Below, piece after piece: positions 1 through 8,639 of a stretch of 64,000 bases of DNA. How positions within the stretch are numbered: position 1 is the stretch's first letter; every line of letters begins with the position of its first letter. Below the pieces are notes generated by a model. It did no database searches. It worked only from the letters and a program-made list of their open reading frames with translations, and had not been told where the DNA came from. The DNA comes from a virus. The position numbers and the translations under genes are program-made. Where the stretch lies: IMG/VR virus record IMGVR_UViG_3300045988_122711, one strand, 5' to 3'.

Positions 1-6
1 GAGTTT

Positions 7-1050
7 TTGAATAATGTAGCAGATTTCCTTAGCGGCATTCCAGAGTATGATGCTGTTGTGGAATCTATAGAGTCAGAATCAGATAATATTTTAAATAATG
101 AGAAAGAAGGAAGCACAGGAGGTGGTACAGCACAGGCTAATGAAGAAGGCGGTGCAGTACGCGCTGAGGAAGATGGCGATAAAAAGGGAGATGGAGAAGG
201 CAAAGGACAATCCAGAACAAATGTCGAAGTTGAAGGAAATGTCGAATTACCTGGATCTCAAGAAGGAAAAGTAGATAACTATAGAAAGAACGGAGATAAG
301 TTCTCTGATATTTCCGAAGTTACTTTATGGCTACTTAGAAGGGCTGCCGGCACAACTTCTATCCCGGAAGGAGAAGAGGTTTATGTAGAGGGAGATGAGG
401 TTAATAGTATTATGACCGATATGGAATCAAGGTACGGGATAGACACCATCAACCACTCACATACGACTAAGGCTATAAGGGATCTTGACGGCGTGTCAGG
501 TTATAAAGTAGAATACGGCTTAACCTTTTTGACATACGATCCTTTTATTAGAATATCCAATCCAAGGAAAGAATCTAAGGCCGCAAAAGACGAGCCTCGT
601 ATATCCGAAGAACCGCTTACTCACATATCAAGGGTGACAACCCCTTATTTCCTGTATGGTGGTGACGAAGCATATACATCTGTTCCGGCTAAGGTAGAAC
701 CTATACCGGAGAAGATAATGGGTCGTAATGGTATTAAATTTGGTATGAGTGTAGTCGAGCTAACCAAATTAGGGTACAAAAAAGCTGGTGGAAACTGGAT
801 ATATAAATTCTATATGAACTCAGGTGTGTATGATTTGTATAATATCAGTACCGGTGAAGCGTTTAGGGCAAAACCGGATCTTGGAGTTAAGATAAGTTCC
901 AGTGCATTCATCCGTTCTTTATCTCAATCTGGTAGAAAAATACAAAATATGATGAGTAACATGAGCCAGGAAGAGATAGATAGGAATAAGAATCTTGTAG
1001 AAGGTTCTGATAATTCGGATTCGATAAATGAGTTAAACAAGGAGTGTTGA
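7..1050 (+). CDS. hypothetical protein (probably 5'-truncated by window edge); G/E/K-rich low-complexity N-terminal part
   Basis: long ORF open to window start; stop at 1048-1050 immediately followed by next gene; no recognisable motif. Confidence 0.45.
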   Translation: MNNVADFLSGIPEYDAVVESIESESDNILNNEKEGSTGGGTAQANEEGGAVRAEEDGDKKGDGEGKGQSRTNVEVEGNVELPGSQEGKVDNYRKNGDKFSDISEVTLWLLRRAAGTTSIPEGEEVYVEGDEVNSIMTDMESRYGIDTINHSHTTKAIRDLDGVSGYKVEYGLTFLTYDPFIRISNPRKESKAAKDEPRISEEPLTHISRVTTPYFLYGGDEAYTSVPAKVEPIPEKIMGRNGIKFGMSVVELTKLGYKKAGGNWIYKFYMNSGVYDLYNISTGEAFRAKPDLGVKISSSAFIRSLSQSGRKIQNMMSNMSQEEIDRNKNLVEGSDNSDSINELNKEC

Positions 1051-1066
1051 GTATGAGAAGGAGATT
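1019..1066 (+). repeat. R2 direct repeat copy 1 (~48 bp; contains AAGGAG + ATGAGAAGGAGAT start)
   Basis: near-identical to 1636-1683 (2 mismatches); spans stop of gene 1 and start of gene 2. Confidence 0.8.
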
Positions 1067-1583
1067 TTTTAATGCTGCGGATAATTTCGTGGGAGGATGT
1101 TATAATAAGTTATCCAATGAAGATATAAAAAGGCTTGGAGGGAAAAGACCTTATGTATGTCAGTTTAATAAAATTCATATACATATAGGACCTGTATTAA
1201 AAGATCATGATTCTGATGTTAGTTACATAATGTTTAATAGTAATTGGAATTATGGTGGTTATGATTCTATGGTTTATAATCATAGCAATAATGGTATTTT
1301 TATATTAGGCGAAAATAAAATTGGTAATATAGAAAATCATATACAGGATCTAACATATTGGTACGAATATGATCCAAACATTAATGAAAATTATTGTTAT
1401 TATTATTATGAAGCTGATAATAGTGGAAATGCTATTAAGTTGAATGGTGAGTTTAGTGATGTTAGCACTGTTTTTAACATTCCCAGTTTGAAGGTTACCA
1501 CTCTTCGTGATGGCAGTTTGAGTTTTCCAGAGATTTATATAGAAGGAGTTTGGGATCCGTCATTGTATAAGTCGATTTTATAG
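1053..1583 (+). CDS. small N/Y-rich protein, MRRRF N-terminus (possible receptor-binding/tail accessory cassette protein)
   Basis: ATG at 1053 preceded by AAGGAG; track ORF uses GTG 1044; N/Y/G-rich composition; member of 4-gene MRRR[FY] family. Confidence 0.45.
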   Translation: MRRRFFNAADNFVGGCYNKLSNEDIKRLGGKRPYVCQFNKIHIHIGPVLKDHDSDVSYIMFNSNWNYGGYDSMVYNHSNNGIFILGENKIGNIENHIQDLTYWYEYDPNINENYCYYYYEADNSGNAIKLNGEFSDVSTVFNIPSLKVTTLRDGSLSFPEIYIEGVWDPSLYKSIL

Positions 1584-1584
1584 T

Positions 1585-1592
1585 TAATTTTG
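1585..1592 (+). promoter_or_regulatory. TAatTTTG Bacteroidetes-type -7 box
   Basis: exact TAnnTTTG match 16 nt upstream of R1 repeat. Confidence 0.35.
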
Positions 1593-1607
1593 AAAAAAGT
1601 TAATTAT

Positions 1608-1635
1608 TATGGGTGTCAAATGTCAGATAGAAAAA
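1608..1635 (+). repeat. R1 direct repeat copy 1 (28 bp, identical to 2288-2315)
   Basis: TATGGGTGTCAAATGTCAGATAGAAAAA identical at both sites; here opens only a 12-codon mini-ORF and abuts R2. Confidence 0.85.
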
Positions 1636-1683
1636 TTCGATAAATGAGTTAAATAAGGAGTGTTAAGTATGAGAAGGAGATAC
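1636..1683 (+). repeat. R2 direct repeat copy 2
   Basis: matches 1019-1066. Confidence 0.8.
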
Positions 1684-2247
1684 GAAGATGTTTCAAGTCT
1701 TGTTCAGTATCAGTTGAAGACCAATCAGCAGGGGAATATAGAGGTTTATGTTGATGACAGGTTTGTTGGAAACGTAAGTGAAGGAGTCTGTAATTGGAAG
1801 GATATTGAATACAAGAGTAAGGTTACTATATCTTTGAAAGGAGTCGAGGATAAGGCTAAAACTTCAAGTAAAAGAGTCGGTCCTTATTGTCACATTTATA
1901 GCATATTTGGAGGGAATGAATCTTATCATGCAGGTCCGGATAGTAATATAAAAAAGAGTCCGGTTACCACCTTTATAATGTATTGTTATAAAAATGGGGA
2001 TATTACAACTACCACTACTTATACTAAAAATTTATCTGGAACTCTTCAGATAGGTAAAACACAATTGACTATCAATTACAAACAAAGTAAAAGTCAGTCT
2101 TTCTCCGGTGGTTCTGGAGATTATGTAACATCCGTATCTGATTTCCCTTTTGTTACTGGTCCAGGAAATGATAGCGTTGAGTTCGAAGGAGAGGGAAGAT
2201 TGATAGTTGAGACAGAGGCTTCGCATTATGAAATAGAAGTTTCATAA
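1669..2247 (+). CDS. small Thr/Ser/Gly-rich beta-type protein, MRRRY N-terminus
   Basis: ATG 1669 within R2 repeat; track ORF uses GTG 1660; MRRR[FY] family. Confidence 0.45.
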   Translation: MRRRYEDVSSLVQYQLKTNQQGNIEVYVDDRFVGNVSEGVCNWKDIEYKSKVTISLKGVEDKAKTSSKRVGPYCHIYSIFGGNESYHAGPDSNIKKSPVTTFIMYCYKNGDITTTTTYTKNLSGTLQIGKTQLTINYKQSKSQSFSGGSGDYVTSVSDFPFVTGPGNDSVEFEGEGRLIVETEASHYEIEVS

Positions 2248-2262
2248 TTTCTATTTTTATAC

Positions 2263-2270
2263 TATCTTTG
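2263..2270 (+). promoter_or_regulatory. TAtcTTTG Bacteroidetes-type -7 box
   Basis: exact TAnnTTTG 18 nt upstream of ATG 2289. Confidence 0.4.
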
Positions 2271-2287
2271 TCTAAAATATTTATCAC

Positions 2288-2315
2288 TATGGGTGTCAAA
2301 TGTCAGATAGAAAAA
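2288..2315 (+). repeat. R1 direct repeat copy 2 (contains start codon of 2289 gene)
   Basis: identical to 1608-1635. Confidence 0.85.
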
Positions 2316-4547
2316 AAGGAAAATGAAATAAAACGGGTTAAGGCTCCTAACGGGGAGCCTTCCGTCCTTTACGAAAGTGCTTTAAAAGTATTAGGAAACA
2401 GCGAGCGGGCTCTTCAGGTATGGGCTAAGGCTTACACTCCTGGTTTTTTGTCGTATTACGGTCATTGGAATAACCCGGCTCCAGGGGAGATGTTTAACAC
2501 CGATCCCAATGACGAACCTCTTTTAGAAGATGTGCTGTCGTATATGAAGCGTCAGACTTATTTTGCTGATCCTTTAACGGCTCAGGATGTTAAGGATGTA
2601 AGGGATTTCCTTTTGTCTACTCATTATTTTTTCAATGCGTCTTCATTGTCTAATGCTATTCTCTTCGATTTTTATGTAGATGGCAGTTTGATACTGAATG
2701 AGCAGAAATTAAGGAGATCCGGTTTGTATGATGAAACAGAAATAAGTCGTATTTTATCCGATCCTTCTGTTTTAAACGAGGTTTCGACTTCCATGAGAAA
2801 GTTAATAGATTCTTCTATTAACGAACATGATAGGGAAAAGGATAATTATTTTATGTCTGTTGACTATCAGTATGGTCCTATTGTTTACAAGGAGGGAGTG
2901 TTTAACCAATTTGGTAAAAAAGTACCATATAATCCTTCTGAGCTTTATTGGGCTATGGGCAAAACAGTAGCCGGCATAAAAAACTTTTCTGAATTTTCAT
3001 CTGCTTTTGAATCGTTGAGAAATTCATATCCTGAACTGGTTGAGAAATTCGTTTCTGATAAAGAATTTGCCGAATCTATGTTTGATGAGTTCTCATCTAC
3101 GAATAAGATTCCGGTAATAAACATAGAAGGGGATGATGTGGTAGAAGGCAAGAGAAGATCCTTGTCTAAGCTACAAGATCTGTCTTATTACAATCCTGGC
3201 AAAATAGAGTTCCTAAGAGCTCGTATATCGGCTTATTTACATAGGGCTAATGCCGACACCGAATCCGATTTAAGAAGCATGATATGGGATATAGAAGAGG
3301 CTTGTACGTGGTTTGGCATAGATATAATAGGGACATCGGAAACTTATGATGGCACAGAAGAATCTTTGAATAAGATAGATAATTTGATGCTGGATCTTGA
3401 TATTTATGTGGCCAGGCATAATGATGTAAATTATGCTCCAACGCTGGCATCTTCTATAGATGATGTTCTTGGTGATAGCACAGATTATTATTCTGAATTA
3501 TTGCCGGAGTATATGGATAATTTGAATATCGTTTATTCTGAATCCGATATAGACCCAGTAGAGGCATTTGAGAAACATTCATTGCTTAAGGTAGGAGATA
3601 ATCTATATCAAAGGATCAGCAAAGATGATATTAACGAGATGTATCAAATATCAACAGTGTTAGCCAAGCACAACCTAACTCATTTTTCTACTAAAATATA
3701 TCCTGAATCTTGTTTTAAGAACGGCGTTTTGGATAAAGAGAAAGTACGGAACGTAGATAATAATACGCTCATGGATTCCATTAAAAAATACGTCAGATCG
3801 TTCATGGATTCTCAGAACACGGAGGACATGATAATGACCAGGATGGCGTTTGGACACCCGGCGGTACTTGACGTTCCTTACGTGGATGTGGATCGGGAGT
3901 ATAGTCGATACATGAACAAAAAACAAGATAGCGAAAACCCATTATCCTTATTCGATTTATACCAATCTTACCTTGACAACAAACTCCATAAAACAAAATT
4001 ATATGATAATGCCTATAAGTATCTTGACTTCAAACCTGGTCCATCTTTGGGCCTTATTTCTGATGATCCTGATATTTTGAAATCAATAGAATTATCTTTA
4101 TCTGGAAAAGACAGGTTGATGTTGTTTGATTATAGCATGACCAGTACCGACCCTTCTTTATCAGAATTGTTTTATTTGGAGAAGTATGACCCTTTGTATG
4201 CCGGGAATGATTTTGAACACTATTTTTACACCAGGCACCCGTATTTGTTAAAAGAAAAATCGGGCCCTAATATCGTAGAGCAAGATGGTGTTATAACAGC
4301 CGAAGGTATTTATGATAATTTTATAAGAGTAGGTAATAAGATATGGTCTAAAGTAAGCGAGAGTAGTTCCGGCTCTATCTACCAAAATCTGACAGGAACC
4401 GAATCAGAGGTAAAATACGATTCTACTCAGAAGGCTAAGACGGTAGAAACCGATTACGCTCCATACCAAAACAGATCTGGCTTGACGCAAGACATGACCG
4501 TAAGCAAGCCTGAATTGGATGATCTTAACAAATTAGAATGCAGGTAA
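2289..4547 (+). CDS. large hypothetical protein (752 aa), possibly virion/tail-associated
   Basis: long ORF; ATG 2289 just after promoter box (track start TTG 2268 lies inside promoter); no motif recognised. Confidence 0.5.
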   Translation: MGVKCQIEKKENEIKRVKAPNGEPSVLYESALKVLGNSERALQVWAKAYTPGFLSYYGHWNNPAPGEMFNTDPNDEPLLEDVLSYMKRQTYFADPLTAQDVKDVRDFLLSTHYFFNASSLSNAILFDFYVDGSLILNEQKLRRSGLYDETEISRILSDPSVLNEVSTSMRKLIDSSINEHDREKDNYFMSVDYQYGPIVYKEGVFNQFGKKVPYNPSELYWAMGKTVAGIKNFSEFSSAFESLRNSYPELVEKFVSDKEFAESMFDEFSSTNKIPVINIEGDDVVEGKRRSLSKLQDLSYYNPGKIEFLRARISAYLHRANADTESDLRSMIWDIEEACTWFGIDIIGTSETYDGTEESLNKIDNLMLDLDIYVARHNDVNYAPTLASSIDDVLGDSTDYYSELLPEYMDNLNIVYSESDIDPVEAFEKHSLLKVGDNLYQRISKDDINEMYQISTVLAKHNLTHFSTKIYPESCFKNGVLDKEKVRNVDNNTLMDSIKKYVRSFMDSQNTEDMIMTRMAFGHPAVLDVPYVDVDREYSRYMNKKQDSENPLSLFDLYQSYLDNKLHKTKLYDNAYKYLDFKPGPSLGLISDDPDILKSIELSLSGKDRLMLFDYSMTSTDPSLSELFYLEKYDPLYAGNDFEHYFYTRHPYLLKEKSGPNIVEQDGVITAEGIYDNFIRVGNKIWSKVSESSSGSIYQNLTGTESEVKYDSTQKAKTVETDYAPYQNRSGLTQDMTVSKPELDDLNKLECR

Positions 4548-4589
4548 TTTTTGTACATATATATAGTTTTTTCATAGTTATAATTTGGG

Positions 4590-4615
4590 AAGTGAGGCTT
4601 GTGAAAGTCTCACTT
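4590..4615 (+). other. subterminal hairpin (AAGTGAG...CTCACTT), candidate left-end structure of IS200/IS605-like element
   Basis: 7-bp stem hairpin in AT-rich non-coding stretch upstream of tnpB-like gene. Confidence 0.3.
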
Positions 4616-5071
4616 TTCTCATATATGTACGTATATCAATAACATACAAGAAAAGTTAGATTTTCATTGTTTATGAATTATTTTTATTAAGTTTGCAATA
4701 TTAGTTTCAGGAAGGGATTATGGAAATAAGGAAAAAGTAAGAACCGAACGTAACTAATAACAGTAGGAAATGAGAATCAGTACCATCAAACGTAACAACA
4801 GCATTCATCTTATGTATAAAAACATTATGAATGATTTAGGTCAATTAAGAACTGTAGTTTCAAAATCCTATATTTATAATCTGATACAAAATCAAACCGG
4901 ATTAAGTATCAGAACTATATCCCATGTCTTGAATCACACAAAAGAACAGGATACAGATTCTTTGTGAAAGGCATACATTTTCCTACATTTGTGTGTTCTT
5001 TAGTTTTTAGATAGTCAAACTATTTGTTTATTTTATCAATAATAATCATATTTGTTATATAAATAATTAAA

Positions 5072-6259
5072 ATGAAACTCGTTGAAAGATATATAGTTAA
5101 AGACAACCGGTTTGAGGATATTTGCCTCAAATCCGGTTTGTTGTATAATTATGTTCTTTACAACATTCGTCAAGGAATTTTTTCTGGTAACTATTTAAAG
5201 GAATTTGATTTATCAAACAAACTTTGCAAAGAAAACCAATTCGATTTCAGGAATTTACCTAATCATGTTTCACAGCAGGTAATTAAACAGGTATTTAAAA
5301 ACATAAAATCCTGGATGAGATTAAAGAAAGATTTTGAAAAGAATCCTTCGAAATACGGTAATCATCGTCCTCATCTTCCTTCGTATAAGAAGGGCAAAAA
5401 ACAAAACATGGTTGTTTTTACCAACTGTGATTGTAGGATAAAAGATGATAATCATATCCATTTTGTCAAAAACATAATCAAACCGATCAAAACAAATGTA
5501 AATAAAGATGAATTAAAACAAGTTAGAATAATACCTCAAGCTACCTGTTATGTAGTAGAGGTAGTTTATGAAAGAAAGGAAATTGATCTTGGTTTAGATA
5601 AAGACAATTTTCTTTCGATTGATTTAGGATTGAATAATTTATGTTCATGTATTAGTAATGTAGTTAATTCTTTCATTATAAACGGACGAGTTATGAAATC
5701 AGTAAATCAGTGGTACAATAAGAAGAAAGCTAAGTTGATGTCTTTCATTGGTAATAAGGGAACTTCAAATAGAATAAGAAAAATTACTTTGTTTAGAAAT
5801 TGTTGGATAGAAGACAAATTGCACAAAATCAGTAGATACATTGTAGACTTTTGTAAATCTAACAATATAGGAACAATCATCATCGGATTAAACAAAGAAT
5901 GGAAAAACAAGATAAATATTGGTAAACGAAATAATCAACATTTTGTTTCTATTCCTCATTCTAAGTTGATTGAAAAGATTGTTTACAAAGCAAAACTTTT
6001 AGGAATAGAGGTAATTACTCATGAGGAATCCTATACATCAAAGATTGATCATCTTGCTTTTGAACCTCTAAAGAAACAGGAATCCTACTTAGGTAGAAGG
6101 AAGAAACGTGGATTATTCCAAAGTTCTGTTGGAAAGATATTAAATGCTGACATAAACGGAGCTATCGGGATAGCAAGAAAAGTAATCGGTGATTCTTTTA
6201 TTGGAAAGATAATCGATAGTGGATTTGTGTTTAATCCAGTTAGAGTAAATATTTTGTGA
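5072..6259 (+). CDS. tnpB: TnpB-like (IS605 OrfB / Cas12-ancestor) RuvC-fold protein; Zn-finger absent and RuvC-II Glu apparently replaced
   Basis: P.YKKGKK..F motif; RuvC-I SIDLGL; HEESYTSK (TSK motif); RuvC-III NADINGAIGIARK; no CxxC pairs between RuvC-II/III; expected hhhEDLN is TIIIGLNKEW. Confidence 0.7.
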   Translation: MKLVERYIVKDNRFEDICLKSGLLYNYVLYNIRQGIFSGNYLKEFDLSNKLCKENQFDFRNLPNHVSQQVIKQVFKNIKSWMRLKKDFEKNPSKYGNHRPHLPSYKKGKKQNMVVFTNCDCRIKDDNHIHFVKNIIKPIKTNVNKDELKQVRIIPQATCYVVEVVYERKEIDLGLDKDNFLSIDLGLNNLCSCISNVVNSFIINGRVMKSVNQWYNKKKAKLMSFIGNKGTSNRIRKITLFRNCWIEDKLHKISRYIVDFCKSNNIGTIIIGLNKEWKNKINIGKRNNQHFVSIPHSKLIEKIVYKAKLLGIEVITHEESYTSKIDHLAFEPLKKQESYLGRRKKRGLFQSSVGKILNADINGAIGIARKVIGDSFIGKIIDSGFVFNPVRVNIL

Positions 6260-6546
6260 TACAAGGTTGAATCTAATAGATAAAATGAGTAATTTTAATA
6301 ACATTTAAGTTTTTCATGGTATTAGTTTAGATTAGTGTAGATCAGGGCTCGCAGTGATGCGGGCCCTGGTTTGATTTAAAAAGTATTAAAATATTTGCTA
6401 TTTAAAATCCTGTTCCTATCTTTGCTCCAGAAACAATGAACAACGAGATCCCACCTCTGGTTGTTTGATGTTGAAAGATATTTTTGGCTCATTAGGGTTT
6501 GTCATAGTGGGATCTGACATTCTCTTTTGGGCCTATTTTTTTTATC
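6260..6546 (+). ncRNA. putative omega-RNA/right-end region of TnpB-like gene (structured non-coding)
   Basis: 287-nt non-coding region immediately 3' of tnpB-like ORF with 10-bp stem hairpin 6343-6368 and second pairing GAGATCCCAC/GTGGGATC; position matches TnpB omega-RNA architecture. Confidence 0.35.
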
Positions 6547-7431
6547 ATGGATAAAGTTTCTGTTTTTGAAAGTTCGGATTTTGGAGAGCTTAGAATTATT
6601 GTAGATCCAAAAGGAGATGTTTGGTTTGTGGCGTCAGATGTGGCTAAATCTCTTGGATATATAAATGCTAAAGATGCGGTAAAAAGACATGTAGATGATG
6701 ATGATTCTATGCTTTTGCAAGTATCTGATAATCAATGGGGCGTAAAACGATCTATATTGAAAACCAGATATATAGATAGTATAAGAATAATTAATGAATC
6801 TGGTTTATATTCTCTTATATTATCTTCAAAATTAGAGTCTGCTAAGAGATTTAAGAAATGGGTAACATCTGAGGTTCTTCCTTCTATTCGTAAAACAGGA
6901 GAATATAAAACAAGTTCCGGTGGAAAGGGAATTTTGGTCCCTGACTTTTCTAATCCGGCAGATGCAGCAAGAGCCTGGGCTGATCAGTATGAAGCTGCTC
7001 AGAGAGCTATAGCCGAAAAGTCGCAGGCAGAGGCAGAGAAGCAACAAGCTTTGAAAACAATAGAAGAACACAAGCCCGATGTAGAATTTGCCGAGTCTTT
7101 TAGGAAAGTAGACCATAACAATATGTGGCTGATTCGTGATATTGCAAAGAAGTTAGAGCAAAATGGTGTTATTATTGCTGAAAAGAATCTTCGCTCATTC
7201 CTTGAAGAAGCTAAATTCATGTTTAGGAACGGTCTTGGCAAATGGGAGCTATATAGTAATGTTGTAGTTAAAGGGTATGGAGTGTATAGGTCTTATTTCA
7301 TAGACAAGTATTCTGGTGATAGAATCAATCAACAAACCATATACATGACAGGCTCCGGATATGAAGTGACCTTAAATGGTATAAAAGGAAAACTCAAAAA
7401 TGTGTTTCTAAAATATGGCAAGTTTGCTTAA
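6547..7431 (+). CDS. Bro-N domain / KilA-C (ANT-like) phage antirepressor family protein
   Basis: N-term FGELRIIVDPKGDVWFVASDVAKSLGY...A...H is classic Bro-N; C-terminal half resembles KilA-C/ANT. Confidence 0.75.
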   Translation: MDKVSVFESSDFGELRIIVDPKGDVWFVASDVAKSLGYINAKDAVKRHVDDDDSMLLQVSDNQWGVKRSILKTRYIDSIRIINESGLYSLILSSKLESAKRFKKWVTSEVLPSIRKTGEYKTSSGGKGILVPDFSNPADAARAWADQYEAAQRAIAEKSQAEAEKQQALKTIEEHKPDVEFAESFRKVDHNNMWLIRDIAKKLEQNGVIIAEKNLRSFLEEAKFMFRNGLGKWELYSNVVVKGYGVYRSYFIDKYSGDRINQQTIYMTGSGYEVTLNGIKGKLKNVFLKYGKFA

Positions 7432-7443
7432 GTTTATTTACAG

Positions 7444-7482
7444 GTGGTGTTTTGAAAGAATAAAAAACACTACCTTTTTTTT
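7444..7482 (+). terminator. rho-independent terminator
   Basis: GGTGGTGTTTT...AAAACACTACC stem followed by T8. Confidence 0.7.
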
Positions 7483-7608
7483 GTTTCTGTTTTTGCTGAA
7501 AATATTTCTCTTCTATAAGAAATAAACACACCTATATTCCACCTTATAATCATGAACTTTGTTACGTGCTTCATGCACGTATGTTTAACAATTAAATACT
7601 ATAAAATT

Positions 7609-8616
7609 ATGGGTGGTGATAAAATCGTCCTTTTAGATGGAGCCGGGGCTAACGGTGGTGGTGCAGCCACTAACGGTCTTCTTTCAATGATTCCCGGCAT
7701 GTTTGCTAATTTGATAGGTGGTAATAAAATGGATCCGAATCTGGTGGCGGCTTTGATGAACGGTCGTAACAACCAGGACGGTTTCGGTGGGGCTAACGGT
7801 TGGTGGCTCTGGATAATTGTTTTGTTCTGGCTGTGGGGTGGACGCGGCTTCGGTAACGGTTTTGGAAATGGCGGTGATTGTTGTGCCAATGGTTTGCCGG
7901 CTCAGTTGAATAACGATTACGGTCGTGAACTTTTGATGCAGGCAATTCAAGGTAATCGTAGCGCCATAGATCAGATTGCTTCTGCTTTGAACTGTTCTAC
8001 TACTCAACTTCAGAACGCTATCTGCAACGTACAGGGTGCTATTGATAAAGTAGCTGGTCAGGTAGGTATGACTTCTCAGGCTGTTATCAACGCAGTTCAA
8101 CAACAAGGTTGTGAAATAGGAAATCAAATCAGCTCTTGCTGCTGCAATCTGAGTTCGTTGATCAATCAAAGCACTTGCCAGACTCAGGGAATGATTACTC
8201 AGCAAGGTTTTGATAACCAGCTTCGCACGTTGGAACAAACCAATATCTTGCAGAACGGTCTCAACCAAGGTCTGGCTAACAATCGTGAGCAAGCTACAAG
8301 CCAATTCAATATCTTGTCTGCGAAACTTGACGCCCAAACCGTTATGATCAACGACAAATTCTGTCAGTTGGAAATGAGGGAGATGCAGAACACTATTGCT
8401 CAACTTCGTGAAGAAAAAGCGGCTTTGACAGCTTCGGCATTATCTCAGCAACAAACCCAGAATATCGTTGGTCAATTACGCCCGACGGCCGTCCCGGCCT
8501 ACCCCTCTTGTTCTCCTTACCAGGCTTATACTTGGGGACAGGTATTCGGAGGAGGTTGCTGCAATAACGGATGTGGATGTAACAACGGATGTTGCAATAA
8601 CAACGCTGCTGTCTGA
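7609..8616 (+). CDS. Gly-rich / Asn-Gln-rich / Cys-rich low-complexity protein with one TM-like segment and CCNNGCGCNNGCCNNN C-terminus
   Basis: ORF with ATG at 7609 (track TTG/ATG 7552 upstream); GGxGxG N-term, WWLWIIVLFWLW hydrophobic segment, C-terminal AACGGATGT-type codon repeats. Confidence 0.45.
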   Translation: MGGDKIVLLDGAGANGGGAATNGLLSMIPGMFANLIGGNKMDPNLVAALMNGRNNQDGFGGANGWWLWIIVLFWLWGGRGFGNGFGNGGDCCANGLPAQLNNDYGRELLMQAIQGNRSAIDQIASALNCSTTQLQNAICNVQGAIDKVAGQVGMTSQAVINAVQQQGCEIGNQISSCCCNLSSLINQSTCQTQGMITQQGFDNQLRTLEQTNILQNGLNQGLANNREQATSQFNILSAKLDAQTVMINDKFCQLEMREMQNTIAQLREEKAALTASALSQQQTQNIVGQLRPTAVPAYPSCSPYQAYTWGQVFGGGCCNNGCGCNNGCCNNNAAV

Positions 8617-8639
8617 TTTTATTAAGAGAGGAGGCTAAT

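Noticed and set aside
2268-2288. Track starts at TTG 2268 / GTG 1044 / GTG 1660 / TTG 20586
   Set aside because: These non-ATG starts lie within promoter or repeat sequence; downstream ATGs (2289, 1053, 1669, 20673) coincide with conserved repeat modules and were preferred.
4770-4967. ORF upstream of tnpB-like as possible IS200 TnpA
   Set aside because: 65 aa, no HUH/Y1 motif; no TnpA present in the element.
7552-7620. Double-glycine bacteriocin-type leader (…KIMGG|DK…) at N-terminus of the Gly/Cys-rich protein
   Set aside because: Sequence upstream of GG does not fit the LS..EL..I.GG leader consensus, and the 7552 start lies over a probable promoter; real start more likely ATG 7609.
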